A stretch of DNA of 64,000 nucleotides. Origin: Yuukianura sp. NJ FZ-2021. Lineage: Eukaryota. The first letter of the stretch is position 1, and every line of letters starts with the position of its first letter. The stretch is from the NCBI GenBank assembly GCA_046563655.1, contig CM102288.1, positions 992,001 through 1,056,000 of the forward strand, written 5' to 3'. Below are positions 25,959-39,952 of the stretch, one piece after another. The translations under genes were made by a program, and so were the position numbers. The notes under the pieces are model-generated. The model was given only the letters and a program-made list of their open reading frames with translations, made no database searches and had not been told where the DNA came from.

Positions 25959-28900
25959 CCAAAATTCTTTGAAGTTCGCTTGATTTTGAAATTCAGTTAG
26001 TGCAAGTTTGTTCCGGGAAAAGTTTCATCTGATACTCCTGTTTTCTGCTTTGTGTTTCAAGATTTCCATATTGAACACAAGTTCCAATTCAAATCTAACA
26101 TCCTCTCACTTACCTTCCGTACAAAACAGTAAGAAAGGAGTCGTTCATGAATAAACTTTCACTAAATCCTAAATAACATCAACATTCCCCGCGTTTTGGT
26201 TTACGAAAGATCAAACATGAATCATAACACTGAGCCTTATGGGAGCTACTCTTCCAGAATCCGAAATAACCTAAAGTCTAATGTAGCATCGTAAGCAGGG
26301 TTTCTAGAAACTGAGAATCGATGAAAACGGCCTAACGTTGTAGAACATAATCTGACAAGGTGAAAGCACAAAAGTTAGGTGAAACTGTAAATCAGTCTCT
26401 ACGTTCTCCAGATATCCAACTGCTACTGAAAGTTTGTACCAAAACTAAAGAATTTATGGAATCGTATCTTTCTCCGATGGGAACTTTCCCAAATCGGAAT
26501 TGTTTTCACTGAACAAAGTTTTTTTTAGTGTGCTTGCAAGTACTACTTAGTACTGGCTTTGAAAACCGCGTGACGCATCCCTGGAGGACTAAAAAAAAGT
26601 TTTCTGGGAAGGTTGCACAGTTTTTGTGGGGGTTATAAACCAAAACCAAGGTTTTTGGCGCTCGAAAACTAAAAACAAAAATTAGGAGTGAAAATTTTCT
26701 GGGTTTTGTCCAATTTGGAAGTTTTAATTTTGCACTAACTTTTAAGTTTTACTTTCCTTTCAAAAATTACTTTGAAGATGAACACTTTAAAGGAAAAGTT
26801 AGTTATAATCTTCCTCTAATCTTCCCAGTGAAAGCAAAGCACGAGTTTCACATTTCAAGTTCTTGATTTCTTAATTTAATTTTAACTTTTGATGGAAAAG
26901 GCAACAGCATGGTCTTTTTTGTTAACACTTTCACAGAAACTAAGCCTAACTCACTTTCAACCAAAACTTTTTTTTGAAATTCGAGAAAATTTGGACAACA
27001 ACTTTTTATGTTCCACTTTCTCCAAAAACTGTAATTTGAGCGTCGGGGTTTCCTTTAGTTTTTGTTTGATAAAAATTAAACCGAATAGGGTTGAAGAAAC
27101 GACTATTTTTTGCCAAAAAATTCGTTCTGGAGCGTTTTTTACAATTAACTTTCATCCCGCGGAGACTAAAACTATTTCTTCTTTTCATTGCCAATTTGGT
27201 TCGCAGTTGACACCAAAACAGGCCCAGCGTGACCTATAGTTGAAACGATGAAGCGATTCTGCAACATTTTGAAGTGCCAATTTCGTTTTTTCCGTTTTTT
27301 GAAAATGTCGTGTTTTTCTTTTTGTCTGAAGATGTCCTCTTAAGTCCAATAGGAATTACGGTGCATAGGACGGAATAAGTTGAAGTTTTCAGCGATTTGA
27401 GTTAAGTTTTAGCACGGATACGACTCTGTTGTCCCAGTGGACCACTAAGGAATCATGGTTGTAGTCATGCAGTCTCCTAAGACTAGGTTATACTTGAACT
27501 AACTGCACTGCACCACATCGCATGTTACTCCGGATCTGCACTCAAAGTGACTTTCCATTCTCAAATGATTTCCCTCGTGAGCATTTCAGGTTTTGTTCTT
27601 CCACTTGGCTGTTCTCTGGCCTAACCTAAGTAATACAATGGAAGTGGGGACTTAAGGAAGTGGAAATGATGAGAAATGATCATGAGCCAATATGATCCAA
27701 TGATCATTACAACTTCTACGAAACCCATTAATTAGTACTTCACCAGCCATCAACAGAAGCATTAGTCATGTGTTGAACACAAAGAAAGTTCAAATGTCGA
27801 GGGAAACCAAGAAACAAGGTCCAAGGAGCCAAAAATGTCAAAAACTTGGACCGATTTTTCATAGATTTTTTTATTTTTGTGCACAATGAAAAATTGACTA
27901 CAACTACAACAGAAAGAGAAAAATCAAAAGGTTTTCGACTAACAATAAGTTCCAAACAAATGAAAAGTGAAGAAAAACGAAAAGGAAAAGTTTTAAACAA
28001 AGCTTCAGTTTTGTTCTGAACCTTAGAAAAAACGAGAAAAAGCTTGTTTCAGAAAGAAAAAAGTTCAAAAAAGCTCCTACAGTGTAATTTTTCTTTGAAA
28101 ACTAGCAGGAATTCGAATTAAAAAGAAAGCCTTTGACATGTCACAGAGGCTTTAAGTTCGATTGAAAAACTTAAACAGAACTTCAAATTTTAAGAAAAAG
28201 AAAACTCTAAGAAGCGGAAACTATTCCATTGTTCAGTTTTCTCTCATCAGTTTCAGTTTTAAAACTTTTTCAAAATCAATTAGTTTTGGAAGTGATCTTG
28301 TTTACAACACTTTTTTTTTCGTAAAAATTTTCTTTTTCTTGTAAATTTCAGTTTCACGTCAAAGTTTTAATGCAACGTTAAACTTGTAAAGTTAGTCATG
28401 ACGAATTGGTTTGAGTTATGGTACGCTTGGAATGAGAAGTAAAGAATTTTTAATTGAGCAAGGCAATAAAACTTAAGACTAAAAAGCAGTTAGTACTTTT
28501 TCAGCCAATTTAAATTTAATTGATCCTAATTCACTCTTATTCTTTTTTCCATTCAACTCAACTCTACTCTTGCTTCATTTGATTCCACTTCACTTGAGTT
28601 CATCTCTTCCATCTTCATCTACATCAACTTCAAAAGACTTCAGAAAAAAGTGAGAAGAAAATGAAGTGAAAAGTCAAATTGAATCGAAGTGAAAGGATTC
28701 AAGTGCTCCATTGTTTTCTCCTAATTTAATCTTCGTCTCAAACAAAAGATACAGAATCAGTCCATTCAATATTACTTTCTCCAGTGAAAAGCAAAGACAG
28801 AGGCTACTTTTGATTAAACAAAGGCCACAAAACCCAATCAAAGTTGATTCACACTTCACTTCATTGCAACTAAGAACCAACAGTCTAAAGGTCAAGGTCG

Positions 28901-29975
28901 AGGTCTTTCGAAAGGTCAATGACCTCATCTCTCCTGGGTTCTAACTTCAAAAGACCTAAAAGTTCGAAAAAAAAAAGCTGAATATTGTCGAATTCTAAAA
29001 TTCTAAACGGTTGAAAAGTCAATGTGAAACGTTCATTTTTTTTTATTCTTTTCATTTTTTTACATTTCACCACTCACTATTTATAATTTATAAAATTTGA
29101 CCTTTGACCTTTGAGTCTAAGTACGCTTAAAGGTTGCATGAATTAGTAAAACTAAGTGAGTGGTCATTCTCATTACGGAGTTAATTGGATTGGGAGTGAA
29201 GAGTACGCTTGCATGTCAGATTAAAAGTGAATCATTTCAGAAGAAAGGCTTAAAACTAAGTGTTAAATTTTTAATTTAGTTTGCCAAGTGATTTCTTTAG
29301 TCAAAGGAGACATGGACATATTGACATTGACATGCTAGAATTTGAACATGTTTTGAGCCCGTCTCTCTCCACTTCAACTCATTTCATGTCAAATTCGACG
29401 TGTAGAAGGAATTCTACTTTCTCCGATCACTTTCACTTCAACATCTTCAAAATGTTCTCTTTTTTTCATTTGATGAATGAAAGTGAGGGTCTATAAAAAC
29501 TTTCGCAAAAAATGAAAAGAAGAATTTTTTTCATAGCTTTTCATTGAAGATGATTCCAGCTAGAAAGAATCCCACGAGAATTTTTTTTATGAGAAAGTGG
29601 TCATGTGGTGAAAGCCAAAAATAGACTTGGTAAAAAATATTTTTTAAAAGAAAAAACTTTCAAGATGTCGCTCCATTTTGAGTATCATTAGCCGTATGTC
29701 CAATTATTTCCAAGAAAGACACAGAAAAATCCATCACTTGTGAAAAACGAGTCCATTATGGAGATTTTTAGTGTTTTTTGGCACTCTGTCACTCGAGGGT
29801 GAAAAAAATGGTGGCTTTTACTCTAAAAAGCAAAAAGAAAGCAACTTTCGCCTTCAGTTGCGCCACTTTCGACGCAATTTATTGTCCCACTCTAAAATAG
29901 TCTCTTTTTTCTAATTTCTAGGAGAAAAGTACTAGCGAAGGCAGCAGAGCGTGGGGGCGTGTAACAGTGAAAGTG

Positions 29976-32900
29976 ATGGAGAGTTCAGCTTGGCCGAATC
30001 TTCAGCCCACGGACATAGTTAGCACAAACTTAACAAATGAATCTGCTCTTAACTGGACCGTTGGATACACGAATGACACTTTCGAAGAGGACAGTGCTTA
30101 TGTTTTTAGTCCGTTGCCATGGTGGCGCCAAATTCTCTGGTCATTCCTGTTTGGATCCATGGCGACTGTGGCCACCGTGGGAAATTTGGTTGTGATTTGG
30201 ATCGTTTTGGCCCATAAGCGCATGCGCACTGTGACGAACTACCTTCTGGTGAACCTGTCCATTGCAGATACGATGGTGTCAACAATTAATGTCATTCCCA
30301 ATTACATCTACATGTCCACTCAACATTGGCCCTTTGGAACCATCTACTGCAAATTAGTCCAATTCGTTGCAGCTTTGTCCATTTCAGCATCAACTTTCAC
30401 TCTCATGGCCATTTCATTTGATAGGTAAATTTAAAAAAAATTGTTACAATTCTTAAGTATTTTTTTATATTGAAAGATTTGTTTCATCAGAAAGAAAGTT
30501 TTACAAAAATTCATCAACATTTTTCATCACCTAAACTGTTTTTTTTTCTTCGTAAACAGTTCCGATTTTCTCCTAATTGAAAGAAATCACGTTTGCGACA
30601 TTTACGACGTTTGGCGACTGTCCAAAAGCTGCATATCGACGTGTCCTTTGTTTTGCGCGTTTTCCACTTCATAACTTGATAACTTTATGCAAACTATGGC
30701 ACTTGTTTTACTTTTAATGAATTGAAAGTGAACTTTTGCACTCCATTGTTTGTCCAACAGTCTCATTATACTTCCAAATACTTGGTCTAACTTTTGGTTC
30801 TACACTATTTAGTCATTGGCAACAACTTTTTAGCCTAATCCTAACATAACTTGAACTATGTTCACTTGAGGAGAGTTTATCAGTTTGGAGGAGGTATGTT
30901 TTGGGAAATGGTGTGGAGAAAGTTTGGTGATTGAGGTTAATGTTGCGTGACATCCGAGTGGAAAGAGGCAAACGACAACCAACTCCTCACAGATCTTGTT
31001 CAAACTAGTTCAAACTGCTCAAAAACTTTTGTTCTTGAGTAGCGTTCAAACTTTGGACTGATTGTCCGACACATGAACCGGCAGAAATGACCTGTCCGGA
31101 ATGTGCCACAAATCATTGAAAACGGTTCAAAAGTTTTCCTAAAACTTTGTGTGGGTTCTCTTCAATTCTTCAAAGTCAAGTTTGGTTAAAGTAATTGGAT
31201 TTCAAAGACAATGATTGAGTTTCAAAACTTCAAAAACCAAGATCATATTTTTTTGAAAAAGTTTGCAAAAATAGTGTTCAACAGAGGGTCCGAATAGGGC
31301 AAAGGTTACAAAAACACGATTTTACGACTTTCACCGGGGGTGGTTTCACCGGAAACTAAATTGTTGGAAATTTTTGAAAAATTGAAAAACATTTTTTTTC
31401 AGTTTTTGAATCTATATTTTTTTTTACTTTAGGTATACTGCAATTATGAACCCCCTGAAACCCCGTATGGGGCGACGTTTGACCTTGGGCATCGCCGGAG
31501 GCATTTGGGTTGGCGGAATTATTTTGTCTCTGCCCAACCTCATCTTCTTTACGACATTTGAGCATGAAAATGGCGTAGTCACTTGCTATGGAGAATGGCC
31601 GGATGGAGCCACAACTAACTCCTTCCATGAGTACTTGTAAGCACTTACTACTTTTAATTACTCATCACTTTTTACACCTCCAAAAAGAAAATTGGATTGT
31701 GTCATTTCAAAATTTCAAAGGCTTTGAGCAGAGAAAGTAAACGTAAAAATTCGTGGTTTGGGAGCTTGAGCACGTTTTAGTTTTCAATCAGCAAAGGTGC
31801 TACGTGACATCGAAATTTGAGCTACCTCAAAAAGTAGTGCTATCTCTCATGATTGGTCTCAAAACTTAAATTGAACTCGTGTTGGTTCTTGAGCATCCAA
31901 GGAGAAAGTTGACCCAACACCTTCTTTTTCTCTCAAAGAAAAAAATGCTCTTTTTTCGCTCTTCACTTTTTCACTATTTTTTTCTTGAAAATCTTCTCTT
32001 TGAGACACGCCTCTTGTAATACTAGATTTTGTCCACTTTGTATGAATCCAGTGGAGGAAATGGAAGGAAAGAGCCATGGTTGATCTAATTTTTCATTTTT
32101 AAGAGAGAACATGACGGTGTAACCATTATTTTCAATTAGGCTAAAAGCTCTCATGTTACGTTACACTGAGAGAAAGTAAAGTGAAAGTATAATATGGTTT
32201 TGGACAGGAGTGTGTCCTCCTTCTTTCATGTGATTAACGCCAACAAAATCGAAACATAATGTAATTCTCACGTTAACTCAAATTTTACGTTGTACAGGTA
32301 CAGGACAGAGAGTTGGTGGGCGGGGCCACAAAGTTATTAGATTCAAAATTCAAGCGATAAAATCAGGACCTGACATTATTTTAAACCCAACGTTGAATGG
32401 AAGTTTCACTTTTGATCTATCTAGGTGAACTACCATGGTGTTTCTATCTAACTTTGTTACCAAATTCAGGCTTTTTTTAAGAATTTTTTGCCAGTTATGT
32501 TTTGAATCAGATTATCTTATGTTACAAATTAGAATTTTGTGATATTTATATAAGTATGGAATTTGGTTAGGCTATTTACATAAAGTATGGAATGAGGTTA
32601 TGCAACCAGAACTATGTTTGAGTTGCTGAGGTTAGGATTAGATTGGGTTACCACGTTTTCCGACCAGTTTACTTGAAAGATTCAATTTGGAAATGAAACG
32701 TGCTTTGCACTTCAGATTAGCTTGAACTAGATGATGAAAGAGAAGCTTAATTGAATGTGGTTCATGAGTAGTGCATTTCACATGGAAAGTCTGCTCATGA
32801 CTTTCACTTTCACTCCTGTAGAAACTATGATTCCTAGTTTCGTATCTAGGAAATGGGCAGCAGTTCTCCAACCTACGTAGCATGTTAGATAATTTCAGAA

Positions 32901-35900
32901 CAAATATTTTTCCAGCAGAATTTCTACTATTCTTTCTCATAATCCATAGAATTGCAGAGAGAGCATTCGGACTAAGGATTGATGGGAATTTATTATCGGA
33001 GAGAACACGAGAAAAGGACCGAAATAGGATTCAGCGGAAGTGAGGCCAAAGTCCACTGCTCTTCTGACCATTACTTTCAATAAGTTCTAATCAAAATGGC
33101 CTTTGGAAATGAAAACGGATTCATAACATTCCAAATGGACGCTATTGTGGAGTCGGGCGTCTTTTGTACCAACTTTTATCTAAACCGAGGCAGGCCTAAG
33201 CGAAACCCGAGGACTCATGAGCACCTAAGCTAATGAAAAAATATACTGACAGTTTTCATCACTTCTTTCCATAAGGCCAAAATTTAGTTCAAAATTTTAG
33301 CCAAGTTCAAAATTTAGTTCAAAGTTTTGGATCAGTAAAGTTCATATGTCGGCATTACGAGACTTTCTCATCGGCTCATTCATTTTTGTCATAATTTTCT
33401 GCAGCAGCAGAAACATTTTAAGATTTTTTTTTAAATTTGACGCCTACTTTACTTCTTCGTTTTCAGAATTGCAAAATTGTTTCAAAATGTCAACCTATTC
33501 AGAAGAGTAGGAAAGTTACACAAAACTTTTAAAAGTGAAAGTGCATTTATTATTTTGGAGAAAAGAGCAAAATTAAGTTTTGAAAGTTTAAAAATTTACT
33601 GAAATAGGAATTATAATGCTAGTATTTTGAGTATTAAAAAAGGAAGGAAGTTTTAGGTCTACGCTTGGGAATTCGTTCATATTTTTTCTGTTTTCTCCTC
33701 ACGGAGGAAAATTTGCTAAAACTTTCACGTTTTTCAAAATTTGAGTTTTGTCATCTTTTTCTCTTATATTTTTCCGTCCGAGAAAATACAAAGAGAAACA
33801 ACACCTTGTGGACTTGTCGTGTAGAGGGATTTGTATTTGCCGAACTTACTTGGAATTTTAAAAACTGAAGAAAAAAGTAAAAGTTGGCGGAGTTTGTGAA
33901 TTTTTTTTTGTGGGGAGAAAGTGTCAGAAACCGAGGAAAGGAAAAACGGCTACGCTTTACCTTGGAAATTTATGTCGTGTTTCCGTTCTAAGATTTTAAC
34001 AGTCCATAACTTTCAACTTTCTTTACTTTTTTTAACAATCTTTTTTATACCTTTCCCCCAAAATCCAACATAATCCTCATGCACCCTGCAGCGCTTTCTA
34101 AATTTTTTTTTCTAAAACCCAGGTTTACCTTCTATTTTTTTAAAAAGTAAAATAGGAAAGAACAGAATGAAAAAATGAAATGATGGAGATGAATTGAGCC
34201 TCACAAGCATTTTTCATGTCATCTCCTGTTCCTCAACGTTCCAAAAGAACTTCATTTCCTGTGTGTTTCAAATATTGACATCCGAAACGAAGCGGGAGGG
34301 AAAGTTTTTGTTTAATTTCTTATAAAAACTAAGTTAATATTCAACAATGCGCTGCGCCTTACATGTCGAGGAGTGTGAAAAAACAACTTTTCAAAATTGA
34401 GGAAGGAAAAAAAAATTATTTGGATAATCAGGCAAAAAAATTGCTGAAGTGTTTTAACCTTTGACATTCGGAAGTCTCTATTTCGATTATTTTTCAGCTT
34501 AAAATTCAATTTTTTGAAGCCATGACCTAAATAGTACTTGCTAAAAAAACTGCACAAGTTTGAGTAAACTCTTAAAATAACAAAGTTAGAAACTTTGAAG
34601 CATAACAAGACAAGTTTGCCTGAAAATTTCATAACACACGTTCTGCATACATACGACATGGGCTGTTTAGGCGTAACGTGATTCAAATCGCAAGTAAGAA
34701 ATAGAAATCCCAAAATCTTTTATCTTCGCATTCGATCTTTTGCCAATTTCTGCACGTACGAAAAACCAGCTGTTTCTATAAATCAAACACCGAAAAATTG
34801 AAAAAAAAATTCAACTTGTAACAACTTACTCAAAGAACTTTCACAAAACCAAACTTTTTTCCCTTCAGAACAAAAGTTTTACTTCTTTTTTGCTCTGCTC
34901 TTACTTTCAGACGAAAACTAAACAATTTTTTGAGGAAATTTAAAGTTTCAAACAAAATTTATAACCAATACTCTATTAAATACGATAGGAAATGTATTCG
35001 TTTGGCAGTTTTTGGCAGTGGAGGAGTGCACCTTGTCAGACTTAATAGAGACGAATGCATCTTCAGTTTTGTATTTGTAGTGGGATTAGATTCAAAAGCC
35101 TAACTTAAAAAATAGAACTTTTAGACTCTGCTTTTGGAAGCCTAAAGGCATTTTAGACTCAAAGTTCAATTGATACGATTTGATTTCCTGCCTCATCCTT
35201 CATCTTCTTCCGGCGGGGCAGCAGGCGGTGCATGTATGGTGGCGGGAAAGTTTCAATTTCAATTTTGGTGGATTGATTTCTCCTCTCTTTTAAACTTTCC
35301 TTTTAGGTTAGCGTTAGGATCAAAGTTAGATTTACTTTTTGAGGTTCCGGTGGGACTACTGCCACATTTATTCACTTCAAAACTTCATGTTTTTCAGCTT
35401 TTCCTCCTGAGGCTATGTAGTCTGGATCGCATTTCAGTTTTTCCTAGTTTTCAAAAAAATAACCCAAACACTTCCATTTCCTACAAATTTAGATTCGAAT
35501 CTGACGAAAATGGAGTGCCTGTCAAATGGAGCTTTAAATTTTTATCGAACGGAGAAAGTCGTTGGGTTACACTTTCTCTTGCTTAGATTTTTTTTAGTTT
35601 GATACATTTTACTTTTAGTTTAATTTTGACCTTGCACTTTTTTTACAACTCGAGGCAAAGGAAATTAGTGTTCACTGGAACTTGAAATTGTGAAATTAGG
35701 AAAATAAATTGAATTGGAGACGTGTGAAGGAATGACGAGCTCTTACGTCGTGACACTCACTTTCTTTAGAATGAAACTTTTTAGTCTAATTGGGATTTCG
35801 TAAGGGGCTGAGCACGTCCAAAATTCACTTTTCTCCATCCGTTTCACAAGAGTTTCAATTTCAATTCAAATCAACTTTTTTCGACATGACTTTGTATGGA

Positions 35901-38900
35901 ACGGGTTCCAAATTTTGTATTTTACTTTCAATCACTCCAGCGAAAAAATAAGTTGCACCAAATCACTAGTTTGATGAAAAAATTCATGATGAAAAGAAAT
36001 TCCAGTGAAAGTGAAAGTGGATAACTGAATAATAACTGGCAATCAGTTGTAACTCAATGGTTATATTTCGTGCTCCAAGTACATTCAATAGCACTTTTTA
36101 GTTTTTTTTTTCTAAAAAGTGGCCCACTTGTGACCTTTGACTCAACCCACCACTTTCTCTTTTCTTCAAACACAAAAAAATGCTTTCTTTGCATAAAAAT
36201 TCCACAGGAGACTCCCACTCTCTCCACACTCAAATTTCATAGACTCAAAAGAAACGCTTTTATGTAAATTCTTTGACTAGTAGAAGCACACTTCACATTG
36301 GATTCTGGAAATTGAATTATTGACCTCTGTTGACCTTTCATTTTTTCTTCTTTCTTTATGTTATGTTGTAGAACTGAACTTTCTTCTTCTCCTTGCAGGT
36401 ACAACGTGTTCTTCATGATCTTTACTTACTTTGTGCCAATCGTTGTCATGGGCTACACCTACACACGCGTTGGCATTGAGCTTTGGGGCTCGCAGTCTAT
36501 TGGAGAAGCCACGCAAAGACAGCTCGAGAACATCAAATCCAAAAGACGCGTAAGGTTACACCTACTTTTTTTCAAACCTTTTTAAAATTCTATGAAAGTG
36601 GAAAAAATTTATTCGAAAAATCCAAAAAGAGAAGACTAGGACGGTGTGCATTGAATTCAGGATATGGATGAAACCATGATCCGAAAAACGACTATATTTC
36701 CGTTCAGAATTTTAATAGACAAAGCGTGCTTCAATTTAACTTTCTCCTTTCTCCATAGTCTATGCTCCATTGTCATTAATCATCGCCTTACGCCTAGTAC
36801 CTGTCACTTTTTGATTAAAAAGCGGTAGGAATTTGATGTTTTCTCCCGAGAGAAAGAAATTTGATGTTTCTGTCGACTGTAATTTGGACAGTTCGGCAGA
36901 AACAAAACTCCTCTTGACGTCACCGTGGGAAATCCATTGTGATTCATTAAGTCTTCTGTTCGAGGATCAGCAAATGACATTCCCGTGGCAGTGGATGCTA
37001 TTTTAGCACCTTTACCACACTAATCCATTACTTTTTTTTTTTATCATTTTCCCTAAGGTGGTGAAAATGATGATGGTGCTGGTGTCCAGTTTTGGGATTT
37101 GCTGGTTTCCATTTCAACTGTACTTTATCCTCGTGTCCATGGTTCCAGCCATTACGGCTCATCCCTCCATCCAGGAGATCTTTCTGGGAGTGTACTGGCT
37201 GGCCATGTCCAATTCCATGTACAATCCCATCATCTACTGCTGGCTCAATGCCAGGTAAGCCAACGTATCATCATCAACTACCAAGGTTCCTGTAGCGACG
37301 AAATAGTTTTTCTTTAACAGGTTAGGCGACGAGTCCCATTTACCAAAAATATCGCTGCAAACACTTTTTCCCCCCAATTTTTTGAAATTTCGAGGAGGAA
37401 AACAAAAAAAGTGACCTATTGCCTAACCCGGTAAAGAAAAAACTATCTTCTTGTTCACAAACCTTGATCAACTACCGTGTCAACCAAAACGTCCACCTTT
37501 TTGAAAAAAAAAACGTTCTCTTCTTACTTTTTGAAAAAAACTTCTATTCTCTCGAATTTCTTTGTGCTTAGGAACCGCCACGCGCCGCACTTGAAGTTTT
37601 AAATTTTGGTTTTTGTTTGAAAAACCTAAAAGAGAAAGTTGTTGAAAGAATCATTACACCCACTGGGTGAATAACCATTTCCATTCATTTCTTTTGAATT
37701 TTTTTCATTTTTTAAAAAAAGTTTAGAAAAGGTTTCATGCCACTTTGTCCATAATGTAAAGAATACCTTGGAAAAGTTATGCATAGTTTGACAAAACTGT
37801 GTTCAGAAAGGAACACTTTCACTTTCAACTGAACAAAAGTAACAAATGAACGGAAGGAAAAAAAGAAAGTGGTGACGGAAAAGTGAGATCGATAGTGTGG
37901 GTGTTAAAGTGCTACTTTTTAATACAAAAATAAGACTTCCTTAGGAATCGCTTTACTGACAGGCTTTTTCCTGCCTTTTAGTTGCCAAAAATAGGAGGAA
38001 AAAGAAACCTCGAATTTGAAATGACATTTTTTGAGAAGTTATTGAAGCGTTTAAAAGTGAAAGCAGAATGTGCAGTAATTTGTTGTTTGTGTGGAAGTGA
38101 CAGTTGTTATGAATTGAAGTGAAAGTCATTCGGTGTAATCACATGACACCTTTGGACTTGGCTCAACTTGGCAACATTAAAAAGAGAAAGTGTCACCGTT
38201 CATCCTTTCAAAATTTTGAAAACAGACATTTTGGCGCTGTTCAAGACCTCGTCACCTTAGAACTGAGGTCACCAAATGACATGATTGAAGTTGATGCATT
38301 TTTTGTGCAAGGTTAGGCTACGTGGGTGAAACTTGCACTTTGGGGATTTGGTCACAAATGCTCAACTTTCTTTTATTTGTAAGAAATGGATATACAAAAA
38401 TACAATTGCTAAGTCAATGGTCAGTAAACTTCTCGGAAAGAAAAACGAAGAAAAGCGATTTTTTTTGTTTTTTGCTTTTAGGTGGATTGAGACCATTTGT
38501 GTCTCAGCAGGTCTCAGAAGTATAAACTTTTTAGTGACCTTGTCGTACACTTTAACTAACAAGAATTACAAATGAATAGGAACTTTCTTTTTTGAAGAGA
38601 ATGGCAAAGTGAAACTAAAATTTTATTGGGAGGTGAAAATGTTCCTGAAAAGAAAGTTAAAAGTTAGATAAATTCACAACAGACAGACAGACAGACGGAC
38701 AAAACGATTGTATACATAAGCTACTATTCTACTGTGCTAACTTTTTATTTCTTTTATGTTTTGTAGATTTCGGAGAGGATTTCAACAAGTATTTTCGTGG
38801 TGTCCATGCATTAATTACACAACATTTGAAGGCGGAGGACCAAGTCGCACAATTTGCGAAGTACGAAGAAGCGGTGGAGTAGCTGCTGAGGGCGTAACAA

Positions 38901-39952
38901 ATTACTCCGTTACAGGCTCACCCGAAATCCACATGAGACTCACAACACGAAATGGTAAAAACAACAACGAATTTTAACCAAAATTTTGTTTTGAAAAGTC
39001 GTTTTTGAAAACATTTCCTACATTTGCTGTCTAAATATTTCTTGAAAAACAAATAAGTTCTTGGAAATACAAGAACAACTTAGAAGCTTTGACAGCTAAA
39101 GCCAGCAGCAACTGTCTGCTGATTTGTTTCAAAAACGATGTGCGAGGAAAACAAAACAGAATTCGGAGAAAAACAAATAAAATTCAAAGTTTCGACAAAG
39201 TTGAAGTTTGTGACGGAGAAAGTAGCAGATGCTAAAAAGCTAAACATGGCTCGAAGATGGACATGAGCACTTTCCCTTTTCAGCCGCCGTCTTAAATTGT
39301 CAGCCATCAACCACCAACACAAAGGCGTAAATTACACCTCGTTTCTCTCAGGTTCCAAAGTGAGAAAAATATGACACCATTTGTAACAAAAGACGCGAAG
39401 CAAGAAAGGAAAGCTGCTAAAGCCGACTGCTGATGCTGTTTCAGCAACTTTTGAGGCGTCAGCTTCCCTTGCAAAAAGTTTGCGAAATGGACCAAAATAG
39501 ATTTGGCACTAAAAAACAAAGTCCCACCTTGTCTCATACCTTCAGCATCTCCAACTGCCGTCCAGTCGGAATTCTCTAAAAGTTGGGAGAAAGTTTTTTA
39601 GCAAACTTTCACCACCAAAATATACGGGCTCGTCAAAAATGATTTTTGCCACGTTGTAGTTCGTTGTCTAAAAACTTGAAATTAGCAATTTTTGTGAAAA
39701 TATTAAAAAATTTTCTGTAAAAATGATTTTCAAAAAAATTATTTTTTGATTGTTGTAGGAGGTGGAGGTGGAGGAAATCTGCATATTCCACTTCATGTTT
39801 TGACTTCATCGCATCATCAACATCACAAGTTCGGCAGTGGCAATCATCTTACCGTTGGCATGGCAACGAACAATGGCCAAGATACATCCTCCCTCTGTGT
39901 TAACAAACATCATCAACACAACTCCAACTCAACCAGCAGACTTCGAACATGA
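29976..39952 (+). CDS. TkR99D: Tachykinin-like peptides receptor (TkR99D/DTKR type GPCR); coding exons ~29976-30424, 31433-31636, 36399-36549, 37058-37254, 38767-38953, 39759-39952
   Basis: PWWRQILWS, KRMRTVTNY, DR|Y, CYGEWPDG, RVGIELWGS..KSKRR|VVKMM, YWLAMSNSMYNPIIYCW; phases consistent. Confidence 0.9.

Noticed and set aside
20500..29900. Many 60-130 aa ORFs (e.g. 21382-21720, 24405-24803, 26889-27239)
   Set aside because: F/K/L-rich translations of AT-rich non-coding DNA with no recognisable domains; probably TkR upstream/5'UTR introns.
31700..36350. ORFs in TkR intron (32638-32940, 34312-34713, 35170-35586)
   Set aside because: No homology, no consistent splice structure and no transposase motifs seen.
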